64,000 bases of DNA from an uncultured Pseudomonadota bacterium. GTDB taxonomy: Bacteria; Pseudomonadota; Alphaproteobacteria; JACZXZ01. The position numbers and the translations under genes are program-made. The stretch is from contig CAVVLJ010000004.1 of assembly GCA_963749075.1 (NCBI GenBank), forward strand, positions 384,001 to 448,000, written 5' to 3'. The notes below the pieces were generated by a model. The model did not search any database, was not told where the DNA came from, and saw only the letters and a list, made by a program, of their open reading frames with translations. Within the stretch, counting starts at the first letter, position 1; every line of letters begins with the position of its first letter. Below are positions 20,681 to 33,201 of the stretch, piece after piece.

Positions 20681-22072
20681 GTGATGAGAGATCGGTGCGT
20701 GACGACAAGAGAGACAAAGGCGGGCTCCCGCCGCCGCCCGGCCGCGGCGGCGCCGCTTCTGTTCCTGGCAGCGCTACTCCTTGCCTCGGGCCCGGCGCGC
20801 GCCGAGCTTCATATCGACATCACGCGCGGCCAGATGCAGCCGATCCCGATCGCCATCACCCCCTTCTTCGGCCAGGCTCCCGACGACGCGCAGATGGGGC
20901 AGAGCATCACCGGCGTCGCCTCGGCCGACCTCGAGCGCTCGGGCCTCTTCAAGCCCATCGACCCCAAGGCCTTCATCCAGACGCCCGAGTCGCTGCGCGT
21001 CGCGCCGCACTTCAACGAGTGGCGCACGATCAACGCCCAGGCGCTGGTGAGCGGTGCGGTGGACAAGCAGCCCGACGGGCGCTTACGCGTCGAGTTCCGT
21101 CTGTGGGACGTCTATGCCGAGCAGCAGATGATCGGGCTCGCCTATTTCACCACGCCGCAGAACTGGCGGCGCATCGCCCACATCATCGCCGACGCCATCT
21201 ACAAGCGGCTCACCGGCGAGGAGGGCTATTTCGACAGCCGCATCGTCTACATCTCGGAGACCGGGCCGCTGCAGAACCGCATCAAGCGCCTCGCCATCAT
21301 GGACCAGGACGGCGCCAACCACAAATTCCTCACCAATCCCGGCACGCTCGTGCTGACCCCGCGCTTCTCGCCGACCCAGCAGGAGATCACCTATCTCTCC
21401 TATTATCAGAACCGCCCGCGGGTCTATCTCTACAACATCGACACCGGCCAGCAGGAGGTGGTGGGCGACTTCCCCGGCATGACCTTCGCCCCGCGCTTCT
21501 CGCCCGACGGCAATACGCTCATCCTGAGCCTCGCGCGCGAGGGCACCTCGAGCATCTACACCTTCGACGTGCGCACGCGCCGGCAGGCCAAGATCACCAG
21601 CTCGCCCTCGATCGACACCTCGCCCTGCTACGCGCCCGACGGCAAGCACATCGCCTTCGCCTCCGACCGCGGCGGCACCCAGCAGCTCTATGTGATGAAT
21701 GCGGACGGCACCAACATCCATCGCATCAGCTTCGGCCCCGGCCGCTACGGCACGCCCGTCTGGTCGCCGCGCGGCGACCTCATCGCCTTCACGCACTATG
21801 CTGCGCCGGATCAGGGCAATACCTTCAACATCGGCGTGATGGCGCCCGACGGCACGAGCGAGCGCGAGCTCACCCAGGGCTTCCTCGTCGAGGGTCCGAC
21901 CTGGGCGCCCAACGGGCGCGTGCTGATGTTCTTCCGCCAGACCCCGTCCGGACCCCACGGCGAGGGCTTCACGAGCCGGCTTTACACGATAGACCTGACC
22001 GGCTATAACGAGCGCGAGGTCGTGACCCCGCTGGATGCCTCGGATCCGGCATGGTCGCCCTTGAATCCATGA
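20681..22072 (+). CDS. tolB: TolB beta-propeller
   Basis: [29 protein letters not shown] repeats. Start uncertain. Confidence 0.95.
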   Translation: MMRDRCVTTRETKAGSRRRPAAAAPLLFLAALLLASGPARAELHIDITRGQMQPIPIAITPFFGQAPDDAQMGQSITGVASADLERSGLFKPIDPKAFIQTPESLRVAPHFNEWRTINAQALVSGAVDKQPDGRLRVEFRLWDVYAEQQMIGLAYFTTPQNWRRIAHIIADAIYKRLTGEEGYFDSRIVYISETGPLQNRIKRLAIMDQDGANHKFLTNPGTLVLTPRFSPTQQEITYLSYYQNRPRVYLYNIDTGQQEVVGDFPGMTFAPRFSPDGNTLILSLAREGTSSIYTFDVRTRRQAKITSSPSIDTSPCYAPDGKHIAFASDRGGTQQLYVMNADGTNIHRISFGPGRYGTPVWSPRGDLIAFTHYAAPDQGNTFNIGVMAPDGTSERELTQGFLVEGPTWAPNGRVLMFFRQTPSGPHGEGFTSRLYTIDLTGYNEREVVTPLDASDPAWSPLNP

Positions 22073-22216
22073 GCCCGCAGGCCCATCATTCGGCGAATTT
22101 GCACGATTTTGACTTCGGGCCCCTCTTGCAATTCGATGCATTCCGGCACAGAAGGGACATGGCGTTTGCCTCACGCCCCCCTGCAACCCCGTCACCCGCT
22201 GAAGGGAACTTAAGAA

Positions 22217-22717
22217 ATGCGCGTAACCCCGGTTCTGACCCTCATCGCCGCGGTCCTGATGCTCGCCGCGTGCTCGTCCGAAACGCCAACCCCGAAGGCA
22301 ACACCCAGCCCGGGCATGCAGGCGCCGCCCGCAGCGGCGCCGGTCGGGACGCAGATCGTGCCCGGCAGCCAGGCGGACCTGGTGGCCAATGTCGGCGACC
22401 GCGTGTTCTTCGATTACGACAAGTCGGATCTAAGGTCCGACGCGCGCGCGCAGGTCGAGAAGTGGGCGGCGTGGCTTAAGAAATATCCGCAGAACAACGT
22501 GACCATCGAGGGGAACTGCGACGAGCGCGGCACCCGCGAGTACAACCTGGCGCTCGGCGAGCGCCGCGCGTCGGCGGCCAAGAAGTATCTCACCGCCCTC
22601 GGCATCGAGGCGAGGCGCATCAACACCATCAGCTACGGCAAGGAGCGTCCGGCCGTGGTCGGCTCCAACGAGGCGGCGTGGGCGCAGAACCGGCGCGACG
22701 TGATGGTGGTCAACTAG
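22217..22717 (+). CDS. pal: Peptidoglycan-associated lipoprotein
   Basis: Lipobox LAAC, DERGTREYNLALGERRA, SYGKERP. Confidence 0.96.
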   Translation: MRVTPVLTLIAAVLMLAACSSETPTPKATPSPGMQAPPAAAPVGTQIVPGSQADLVANVGDRVFFDYDKSDLRSDARAQVEKWAAWLKKYPQNNVTIEGNCDERGTREYNLALGERRASAAKKYLTALGIEARRINTISYGKERPAVVGSNEAAWAQNRRDVMVVN

Positions 22718-22725
22718 CCCTCTTC

Positions 22726-22750
22726 GGGGAGCAAAAAGCGGGCTCCCCTT
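22726..22750 (+). terminator. Possible hairpin terminator after pal
   Basis: GGGGAGC-N9-GCTCCCC followed by TT; weak U-tract. Confidence 0.35.
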
Positions 22751-22975
22751 GTCATCGGCGCCTGCCTGTCTCGCGGCGAGAGCCGCGGCCGATGGGCAGG
22801 CGCCATTATTTTGCCCAGAATTCCGGGCATTGTCCGGCGAGGGCGGGCGGGCGCCGGGCCGCCGGCTGCGCGCCAGCGCCCCAAGGTGCCGGCCGCTGCC
22901 TGCGAACCGGGCAAATGGTGCCGGGCGTCAGCGAAGAGCCGAGCGACCAACCAGAAAACAGCCGAGAGTTGCAAA

Positions 22976-23936
22976 ATGCCGCGCACGCCGATCACCTTGG
23001 AGGCACTCTCCCGCAAGGGCCGGACGAGCGCCGCTCCGGCCCTCCTCTTAGCCCTCCTCCTGGCCCTCCTCGCCGCCCCGGCGGCGGCGCAGCAGCTCGA
23101 CAATCGAGTGCTCCAGCAGCGCATCGAGCGCCTGGAGAGCGATCTCGCCATCCTGCAGCGCCAGGTCTACGTCGGCGGCGGCGCTGCGCCCTCCGGCTCG
23201 GCCGGCGCGAGCGGGGGACAGATGGCGCCGACGGTCGCCGCCAGCCTCGAGCTCAGGGTCTCCCAGCTCGAGACCCAGATGCAGGGCATGACCGGCCGCC
23301 TCGAGGAGTTCGGCCACAGCATCGACCAGCTGAAGGCCGAGATGGACAAGCTCGCGAAGGACGTGGATTTCCGCCTCTCGGCCCTCGACCGCGGCGGCGC
23401 CGGGGCGGCTCAGCCGGCAGGGGAATCTGTTGACGGCCCCGGCCCCGGCGGCCGGGCGGCCGGTCGCGGCCGCGGTGCCTGCGGCACCGGCGCCGGCCGC
23501 TCCCGCACCGGCGCAGCGCAGCTCGCTCGGTGCCGGCCAGGTCCTCCCGGTGGGCACGCCGAAGCAGCAGTACGACTTCGCGCAGGCCTTGCTGCTGCAG
23601 CAGAATTACGTGGATGCCGAGAAGGCCTTCGGCGCCTTCGTCAACACCCATCCCGACGACCCGCTCGCCGGCGCCGCCCAGTACTGGCTCGGGGAGACCT
23701 TCTATATGCGCACCAATTTCGATCAGGCCGCCAAGATCTTCGCCGAGGGATACCAGAAGTATCCGAAGAGCTCCAAGGCGCCCGAGACGCTCCTCAAGCT
23801 CGCCATGTCGCTTACCCAATTGAACCGCAAGAAGGACGCCTGCGTCATCCTCAGCGAGCTCGATCAACGCTACCCGAATGCGACGAACGTGAGGCACCTC
23901 GCCCAGAATGAGCGTCAGCGCGACGGCTGCGGGTGA
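22976..23936 (+). CDS. cpoB: Tol-Pal protein CpoB/YbgF; apparent +1 frameshift near 23430-23460
   Basis: Signal peptide and coiled coil in one frame; TPR part (AQYWLGE, PKSSKAPETLLKL, C..C) in the next frame. Confidence 0.88.
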
Positions 23937-25312
23937 CGGCGCCGCGGCGGCCGCGGGCGGCGTCCTCGGCGCCGATCGGAGCCGCCGAGTTCGCGCGCCT
24001 CATGAGCGGCCTCGGCCCGTTCGAGGACGGGCCGAGGATCGCGGTTGCCCTCTCGGGCGGCAGCGACAGCCTGGCACTCGCCTTGCTGGCGGCGCGCTGG
24101 GCGGTGCGGCAAGGCGGCGGAGCGATCGGGCTTACGGTCGATCATGGGCTGCGGCCGGAGGCGGCTCTTGAGGCGCGCCGCGTCGGCGCCTGGCTTGCCG
24201 CGCGCGGCGTCCCCCATCGCATTCTCGTCTGGCGCGGGGCGAAGCCCGCGGCCAATCTGCAGGCGGCCGCACGGGCCGCGCGCTACCGCCTGCTCGAGGC
24301 CTGGTGCCGGCAGAACGCCGTGCTCCACCTGCTCATCGCACACCAGCGCGAGGATCAGGCCGAGACCTTGCTCCTGAGGCTCGCGCGGGGCAGCGGGCTC
24401 GACGGCCTTGCCGCCATGGCGCCCGTGAGCGGGACGCGGGAGGTGCGCATCCTGCGCCCCCTTCTCGCCGTGCCGCGCGCGCGCCTCGCTGCCACCCTCG
24501 CGGCCCTGCGGCAGGACTGGATCGAGGACCCGAGCAACCAGGACCGCCACCACGCGCGGGTGCGCGTGCGGGCGCTCATGCCGGCGCTCGCCGATGAAGG
24601 GCTGACCGCCGAGCGGCTGGCCGCCACCGCGGCGCTGCTCGGCCGCGCCCGCCGGGCGCTCGAGGGCGACGTGGCACGCCTCCTCGCGGAGAGCGTGGCG
24701 GTGGATCCGGCCGGCTATGCGCTCGTGGCACCGGCAGCGCTCGCCGCTGCGGCCGAGGAGGTGGCGTTGCGCGCCCTCGCGCGCGTCATCCAGACGATCG
24801 GCGGCGCTGTCTATCCCCCGCGGCTCGACCGCCTCGAGCGGCTCTACCGCGAGCTCGTGCGCGAGGGTGCCTTTGCCGCGCGCACGCTCGGCGGCTGCCG
24901 CATCCTGCAGGCCTCGGGGCGCCAGCGCGCGGGCGGGCTCCTCGTTTGCCGCGAGCCGGCTCTCGTCGAGGCCGCGCGCCCGGTCGAGGCGCGCGAGCGC
25001 CTGAGCTGGGACGGCCGCTACGAGCTGGTCCTCACCGCGGCGCTGTCCTCGGCCGTGGGCGCGGTCAGCCTCGGGGCCTTAGGCGAGGCGGGCTGGGCGG
25101 CGCTCGTGGCAGCTTCGCCACGCCTCAGCGACAATCCGCTCCCGGCGCCGGTCCGCCCCTCCCTTCCGGCCTTGCGCGACCTTGAAGGCCTCCTCGCGGT
25201 ACCCCACTTGGACTATGGACGGGGGCAGGCGGAAACTGGTACCGTTTACGTTCGCAGTCTACTCTTTCGCCCGCTGCGTCCGCTTGCGATCGGGCCTGCA
25301 CCGGTTGCCTAG
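23933..25312 (+). CDS. tilS: tRNA(Ile)-lysidine synthetase
   Basis: SGGSDS PP-loop, VDHGLR, DQAET, EDPSN; upstream of ftsH. Confidence 0.94.
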   Translation: MTAPRRPRAASSAPIGAAEFARLMSGLGPFEDGPRIAVALSGGSDSLALALLAARWAVRQGGGAIGLTVDHGLRPEAALEARRVGAWLAARGVPHRILVWRGAKPAANLQAAARAARYRLLEAWCRQNAVLHLLIAHQREDQAETLLLRLARGSGLDGLAAMAPVSGTREVRILRPLLAVPRARLAATLAALRQDWIEDPSNQDRHHARVRVRALMPALADEGLTAERLAATAALLGRARRALEGDVARLLAESVAVDPAGYALVAPAALAAAAEEVALRALARVIQTIGGAVYPPRLDRLERLYRELVREGAFAARTLGGCRILQASGRQRAGGLLVCREPALVEAARPVEARERLSWDGRYELVLTAALSSAVGAVSLGALGEAGWAALVAASPRLSDNPLPAPVRPSLPALRDLEGLLAVPHLDYGRGQAETGTVYVRSLLFRPLRPLAIGPAPVA

Positions 25313-25420
25313 CGGACGATATGTATTATTTACTCGTGAGAGGGTGCGCCGACCGGACCGGCAGGCGGGACGGGTGATCGCGGAGAGAGCACTCGAGGCG
25401 GGATTCGGAAGGCGCAGGCG

Positions 25421-27350
<1,930 letters not shown>

Positions 27351-27358
<8 letters not shown>

Positions 27359-28511
27359 CGCCAAGGGAGAGGCGGCGCTCGCGAGAAGCCCCGACCTCGG
27401 CCGGGGCTTTGCCTTGTCGGGGCCGCCCGAGGGCCGGCTCTACGTGCGGCCCGTCAGCCCCATCCACGGCGCCGAGGCGCGCGCCGCACTCGAGGTCGGG
27501 GCGGCGCTGCCGCTTGCCGGCGGCCCGCTCGCCTTCACGCGCTGCGAGGTGCTGCAGCGCGGAGAGAAGGGCGTCGAATGCGCCTTCGTCACCGTCTTTG
27601 CCCTGCGGGAGTGGGCGCGGAAGGCGGGCAGCGCCATCGAGCATCACGTCTCGAGCCTGCTCGCGGCACTTGCCGCGCCGCGCGCCGATTTCGCCGGCCT
27701 CTCGCTCGACCGGCCGCGGCTCATGGGCATCGTGAACGCGACCCCCGACAGCTTCTCGGACGGCGGCGACCATAGGACGGCCGAGAGCGCCGTCGCCCTC
27801 GGGCTGGCGCTCGCCGAGGCCGGAGCCGACATCCTCGACGTGGGCGGCGAATCGACGCGGCCAGGCGCGCAACCTGTCGCCGCCGAGGAGGAGCTCAGCC
27901 GCGTGGCGCCGGTGCTCGACGGCCTCGCGGCGGCAGCGCCCGGCACCCTCCTCTCGATCGACACGCGCCATGCCTCGGTGATGCGCGCCGCCCTCGATGC
28001 GCGCGCGCGCATCGTCAACGACGTGACCGCGCTCGCGGGCGATCCGCTGAGCCTGGCGCTCGTTGCCGAGCGGCGGGCGGCGGTCGTGCTGGTGCACATG
28101 CAGGGCAATCCTGCGACCATGAACGCAGCACCGCACTACGCCTTCGCGCCACTCGATATCTACGATGCGCTCGCTACGCGGGTCGAGGCCTGCCTCGCGG
28201 CGGGCATCCCGCGCGGACGCATCGCCGTCGACCCCGGGCTCGGCTTCGGCAAGCGCACCTCGCACAACCTCGAGATCCTCGAGCGCCTCTCGCTCTTCCA
28301 CGGGCTCGGCTGCGCGGTGATGATCGGCGCCTCGCGCAAGCTCCTGATCGGCGCCTCGCCCAAGTCCGTACCGCCCAAGGCGCGCATCGGCGCCTCGCTC
28401 GCCGCGGCCTTTGCCGCCCTCGAGGAGGGAGCAGCACTCCTCCGCGTCCACGACGTGGCCGAGACGCTCCAGGCCGTCAACCTGTGGCGCGCCCTGCGGG
28501 GGAATTATTAG
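27351..28511 (+). CDS. folP: Dihydropteroate synthase with N-terminal extension
   Basis: [39 protein letters not shown]. Confidence 0.94.
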
Positions 28512-29059
28512 GGCCGCCGCTCGGGCGCCGAGAAATCGCCGCCCTGGCCCCTGACCAAGCCGATGCCCGTCTCTCTCTGGAACATCAAGAGGTCGAAGGA
28601 CGGCGCCTCGTCCTCGAGCCTGGTGAGGATCGCGTGCGCCTGGCCGCGGTGGTGGGTCTGGTGATTGAAGAAATGCAGGAGCAACGGCGTGAGCCCCTGC
28701 TCGATCTCGGCCGGGCTGCGCGTCGAGCGGTAGCGGATCGTGCCGGCGAGCGCTGCCTCCGTGAGCGCTCCGGCATAGGCGATGATGCGCGCGTCCTCGG
28801 CGCGCCGGGCAGCCTCCAGCTCGGCAAACTCGCCGTAGAGGATGCCATCGAGCGCCGCCGGGATCTCGCCCTCGCCGGTGAAGCGCTGCATCCAGATGCG
28901 GTCGCCGACGAGAAGATGGTTGAGGGTGCCGTGGAGCGAATGGAAGAAGACGCCGTGGTCGGCCCGGTATTGGGCGTCCGGAATCCGCCCGGCGGCCGCG
29001 AAGAGGCGGCGGTTGACCCAGTCGTTGTAGGCGGCGAGCATCGCGAAATGTTGCTTCAT
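28508..29059 (-). CDS. DinB family protein
   Basis: YNDWVN, SLHGTLNHL, FNHQTHHRGQ. Confidence 0.9.
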   Translation of the reverse strand: MKQHFAMLAAYNDWVNRRLFAAAGRIPDAQYRADHGVFFHSLHGTLNHLLVGDRIWMQRFTGEGEIPAALDGILYGEFAELEAARRAEDARIIAYAGALTEAALAGTIRYRSTRSPAEIEQGLTPLLLHFFNHQTHHRGQAHAILTRLEDEAPSFDLLMFQRETGIGLVRGQGGDFSAPERRP

Positions 29060-29132
29060 TGAGGCACCCTTGCTCGTCATGCGGAGCGACGTGGAGTGAC
29101 TACAGGAGGACGCGAGTCGATGCAAGGCAGGC

Positions 29133-29296
29133 CAGGGGAATCGCATATAGTCGCCTCACCCTTCGAGACGCGCGCGTTGCGCGCTCCTCAGGGTGAGGCG
29201 ATCCCGATGTGTGGCGGATTTCCTCATCCTGAGGAGGGCCGAAGGCCCGTCTCGAAGGATGAGGAAATCCGAGCGGCACCATATGCGATTGCTCTG
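29133..29296. mobile_element. 164-bp MITE containing two REP-like palindromes
   Basis: TIRs CAGGGGAATCGCATAT / ATATGCGATTGCTCTG (14/16), flanked by the 10-bp duplication CAAGGCAGGC (29123-29132, 29297-29306). Internal hairpins at 29151-29201 and 29215-29271. Confidence 0.8.
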
Positions 29297-29367
29297 CAAG
29301 GCAGGCGCCATGCTGCAACCGGGCGGGGCTTCTGCTATAAGGTGGCCGGCATTGCGGAGGAAACCGC

Positions 29368-30714
29368 GTGACGCGCAAGCTCTTCGGCACCGACGGCATC
29401 CGCGGCACGGCGAACGCCGAGCCCATGACGGCGGAGACCGCCCTCAGGGTCGCGATGGCGGCCGGCGCCCATTTCACGCGCGGCAACCACCGCCATCGCG
29501 TGGTCGTGGGCAAGGACACGCGGCTCTCGGGCTATCTCCTCGAGCCGGCGCTCACCGCCGGCTTCGTCTCGGTGGGCATGGACGTGGTGCTACTGGGCCC
29601 GCTGCCCACGCCGGCCGTCGCCATGCTCACGCGCTCGCTGCGCGCCGATCTCGGCGTGGTCATCTCCGCCTCGCACAACCCCTACCAGGACAACGGCATC
29701 AAGCTCTTCGGCCCCGACGGCTACAAGCTCTCGGACGAGGTGGAGCGCGAGATCGAGGCGCGCATGGGCAATGGTGCCGGTGCCGCGCGCGTGGCGAGCG
29801 ACAAGCTCGGCCGCGCCATGCGGCTCGACGACGCGCTCGGCCGCTACATCGAGTTCGTCAAGGGCAGCTTTCCGCGCAGGCTGCGGCTCGACGGGCTCAA
29901 GATCGTCATCGACTGCGCCCATGGTGCCGCCTACAAGGCGGCACCCACGGTGCTCTACGAGCTCGGCGCCGAGGTGGTGGCGATCGGCGTCGAGCCCGAC
30001 GGCTTCAACATCAACCGGGGCTGCGGCGCCACCGATACCGCGGCACTCGAGGAGCGCGTGCTGGCCGAGAAGGCGGACGTCGGCATCGCCCTCGACGGCG
30101 ATGCCGACCGCGTGGTCATGGTGGACGAGCGCGGGGTGCGGCTCGACGGCGACCAGCTCATGGCCCTCGTGGCGCGCACCTGGCACGCGGGCGGCCGGCT
30201 GCGCGGCGGCGGCATCGTGGCGACCGTGATGTCGAACCTCGGCCTCGAGCGCTATCTCGCCGGCCTCGGCCTCACGCTCATGCGCACGCAGGTGGGCGAC
30301 CGCTACGTGCTCGAGGCCATGCGCGAGGGCGGCTACAACGTGGGCGGCGAGCAGTCGGGGCACATCGTGCTGCCCGACTACACGACGACGGGCGACGGCC
30401 TCATCTCGGCGCTCCAGGTGCTGGCCGCACTCGTCGAGGAGGGCAAGCCGGCGAGCAAGGCGGTCCGTCTCTTCGAGCCGCTGCCGCAGCTCCTCAAGAA
30501 CGTGCGCTTCAACGGCGGGGCACCGCTCGAGCGCCCGGGCGTCAAGGCGGCGATCCGCGAGGCCGAGGCCATGCTCGGCGGCGGCGGGCGGCTCCTCATC
30601 CGCAAGTCCGGCACCGAGCCCCTCATCCGCGTCATGGCCGAGGGCGCCGACGAGGCGGTCGTCGGCCGCGCCGTCGACGAGGTGGTGCGCGCGATCGAGC
30701 GGGCTGCGGGATAG
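29368..30714 (+). CDS. glmM: Phosphoglucosamine mutase
   Basis: [34 protein letters not shown]. Confidence 0.97.
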   Translation: MTRKLFGTDGIRGTANAEPMTAETALRVAMAAGAHFTRGNHRHRVVVGKDTRLSGYLLEPALTAGFVSVGMDVVLLGPLPTPAVAMLTRSLRADLGVVISASHNPYQDNGIKLFGPDGYKLSDEVEREIEARMGNGAGAARVASDKLGRAMRLDDALGRYIEFVKGSFPRRLRLDGLKIVIDCAHGAAYKAAPTVLYELGAEVVAIGVEPDGFNINRGCGATDTAALEERVLAEKADVGIALDGDADRVVMVDERGVRLDGDQLMALVARTWHAGGRLRGGGIVATVMSNLGLERYLAGLGLTLMRTQVGDRYVLEAMREGGYNVGGEQSGHIVLPDYTTTGDGLISALQVLAALVEEGKPASKAVRLFEPLPQLLKNVRFNGGAPLERPGVKAAIREAEAMLGGGGRLLIRKSGTEPLIRVMAEGADEAVVGRAVDEVVRAIERAAG

Positions 30715-30755
30715 CGGCGAGATATCGCCTATGTGCAGCGCAGCTGGCGTGGACC

Positions 30756-30856
30756 ACCCCCCTCCCTACCCTCCCCCTCAAGGGGGGAGGGGAAATGTCG
30801 GAGGCCGCCATAAGCTACCCCCTCCCCCCTTGAGGGGGAGGGATGGGGTGGGGGGT
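30756..30856. repeat. Inverted pair of REP-like palindromes (REPIN-like), family A
   Basis: CCCTCCCCCTCAAGGGGGGAGGG unit and its inverted copy about 30 bp apart; same element at 55484-55583. Confidence 0.85.
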
Positions 30857-30876
30857 AGAGCCGGCACCTCTACGAC

Positions 30877-31680
30877 ATGAAGGGCCGCGTTCTCATCGTC
30901 GCTGGCTCGGATTCCGGCGGCGGCGCCGGCATCGAGGCCAACATCAAGACGGTGACGGCGCTCGGCGGCTATGCCATGACCGCGGTGACGGCGCTCACCG
31001 CCCAAGATACAAGCGGCGTCCATGCCGTGCTGCCGACCGATCCCGCCTTCACGGCCCGCCAGATGGCGCTGGTGCTCGACGACATCGGCGCCGATGCGGT
31101 CAAGACCGGCATGCTGGTCGATGCCGCGATGATCGCGGCGGTGGCCGGCGTGCTGCAGGCGAAAGCGCCGGAGGTGCCTCTCGTCGTCGATCCGGTGATG
31201 GTGGCCAAGGGCGGCCGCCGGCTCCTCGACGCTGCCGCGGTCGCGGCACTCAAAGAGCTGCTTTGCGCGCGCGCGGCACTGGTGACGCCCAATATCCCGG
31301 AAGCGGAGGCGCTCTGCGGCCGGGCGATCACGGACGGCGCCGCGATGCGCGAGGCGGCGGTGCTGCTCCGCTCGCTCGGCTGCCGCGCGGTGCTGCTCAA
31401 GGGCGGCCATCTCGAAGGCCCGCGCGTCGTCGACCTCCTGGCGACCGCCGACGGCGTCGAGGCCATCGAGTATCCGCGCCTTGCGACACGGCACACCCAC
31501 GGCACCGGCTGCACGCTCGCCTCGGCGATCGCCACGGGCTTGGCCCAGGAGCTGCCGCTCGCCGCCGCAGTCGCCCGCGGACGCGCCTATCTCCAGGAGG
31601 CGATCCGCACCGCGCCCGGCTTCGGCCACGGCCAGGGGCCGCTCAACCACGGCCATACCGTGCGGGACTTTACGAGGTAA
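30877..31680 (+). CDS. thiD: Hydroxymethylpyrimidine/phosphomethylpyrimidine kinase
   Basis: AGSDSGGGAG, KTGML, VDPVM, TPNIPEA, KGGH, HTHGTGCT. Confidence 0.93.
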   Translation: MKGRVLIVAGSDSGGGAGIEANIKTVTALGGYAMTAVTALTAQDTSGVHAVLPTDPAFTARQMALVLDDIGADAVKTGMLVDAAMIAAVAGVLQAKAPEVPLVVDPVMVAKGGRRLLDAAAVAALKELLCARAALVTPNIPEAEALCGRAITDGAAMREAAVLLRSLGCRAVLLKGGHLEGPRVVDLLATADGVEAIEYPRLATRHTHGTGCTLASAIATGLAQELPLAAAVARGRAYLQEAIRTAPGFGHGQGPLNHGHTVRDFTR

Positions 31681-31695
31681 GGAGCTTCGCGAGGG

Positions 31696-33079
31696 TTACA
31701 CCACGGCGAGGCGGGGCTCCGGAGCCGCGGCGAGGAGAGCCGCCAGGCGCTCGAGCGCCGTCTCGAGGTGCGCCTCGCTCTCGACCGCGGCGAGGCAGAG
31801 CCGCACCGCGTGGGGTGCGGTGGCCCGACCGGTGACGAAGAGGTCCGGCGGCGTCACGCGCACGCCGCGAAGCTCGGCGGCGGCCGCGAAATCGCTCCAG
31901 CGCCACGGCTCCGGCAGATGCAGCCAGAGATGGAAGCTCGCCGGATGGCTCTCCATCGCGAAGCCCGCGAGATGACGCGCCGCGAGCGTCTGGCGCCGCT
32001 CGGCGTCGCGCCGCCGCGCCTCGGCGAGGCGCCTCCCGGTGCCGTCGCGGATCCAGCGCGCGGCGATCTCGCCCATGAGCGGGGGTGCCATCCACAGCGT
32101 CGCACGCACGGCCGCGGCCAAGCGTGGCACGAGCGCCTCCGGGCTCGCGACATATCCCACGCGCAAGCCCGCCGCCATGCATTTCGAGAGGCTCGTCACG
32201 TAGATGACGCGCTCGGGAGCAAGTGCCGCCAGCGGCTCGGGCGCGTCTCCGACGAGAAAGCCGTAGATGTCGTCCTCGATGATGGTGAGATCGTGGCGCC
32301 GTGCGATCTCGACGACCGCGCGCCGGCGCTCGGCGGGCAACGTCGCCGTCGTCGGATTGTGCAAGGTCGGCATGGTGAAGAGCGCCTTCGGCCGCCCGTC
32401 GCGGCAGAGGGCGGCAAGCGCCTCGGGCAACAGCCCGTCGCGGTCGCACGCCACCGCCTGGAGGGCGACGCCGAGGCGCGCCGCGATCGGCTTGATGCCG
32501 GGGAAGGTCAGCGCCTCGACGAGCAGCGTGTCGCCCGGCCGCGTCGCCGCCGCGAGCGACACGAGGAGCCCGTGCTGCGCCCCGCAAGTGATGGCGATGC
32601 GCTCAGGCGCCGCCGCGACGCGGGCGGCGCCGAGCCACTCGGCCGCGGCCTCGCGCTGGGAGAGGAGGCCCATGTCGCTCTGATAGGCGAGGAGGGCGCC
32701 GAGATCGTTCTGCCGCGAGAGATGGGCGAGGGTCGCGGCGAGCTCGCTCGCCGTGCCCCCGAGCGGCGGCCGGTTGAGCGAGAGATCGATGACGCCCGCG
32801 CCGGCGGTAGGGGCGGCGAAGCCGTCCTCGGCCGTGCGCGCGCGCACGAAGGTGCCGCGTCCGACCTCGCCGCGCACGAGCCCGCGGCGCTCGGCCTCGA
32901 GATAGGCGCGTGAAACCGTGCCGAGCGTGACGCCGAGCCGGAAGGCAAGGGTGCGCTGGGGCGGCAGCCGCGTGCCGGGCTTGAGCAGGCCCGCCTCGAA
33001 CGTCCCGCCCGAGGGCATCGGCAATCGCCAGGTAGCGCGGGCCGGCGCTGCCTTCGAGGCTGGGAAGCCAAATTGTCAT
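31696..33079 (-). CDS. MocR/GntR-family regulator (wHTH + PLP aminotransferase-like); apparent +1 frameshift near 33000
   Basis: RYLAIAD..PGTRLPPQRTLA..VSRAY..GRGTFV, then IIEDDIY and SLSK..GLRVGY. Confidence 0.9.
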
Positions 33080-33140
33080 GGTGACAATATAGCCATTGAC
33101 CGGCCCATTCTGTCAAATATTGTGAGACAATCATAACAAT
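33072..33140. promoter_or_regulatory. Inverted-repeat operator cluster between mocR and eamA
   Basis: ATTGTC-N5-GACAAT (33072-33088), TTGAC-N11-GTCAA (33096-33116), ATTGT-N3-ACAAT (33119-33131) and a further ACAAT; typical of MocR divergons. Confidence 0.65.
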
Positions 33141-33201
33141 GTCCCGCGGCCTCATGGCCCGGCACGGACGATGACGGCTATTCCGCCATGATGGGCCCGG
33201 C

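Noticed and set aside
30715-30876. TPP riboswitch upstream of thiD
   Set aside because: No TGAGA or other TPP core; the region is occupied by the REP-like doublet.
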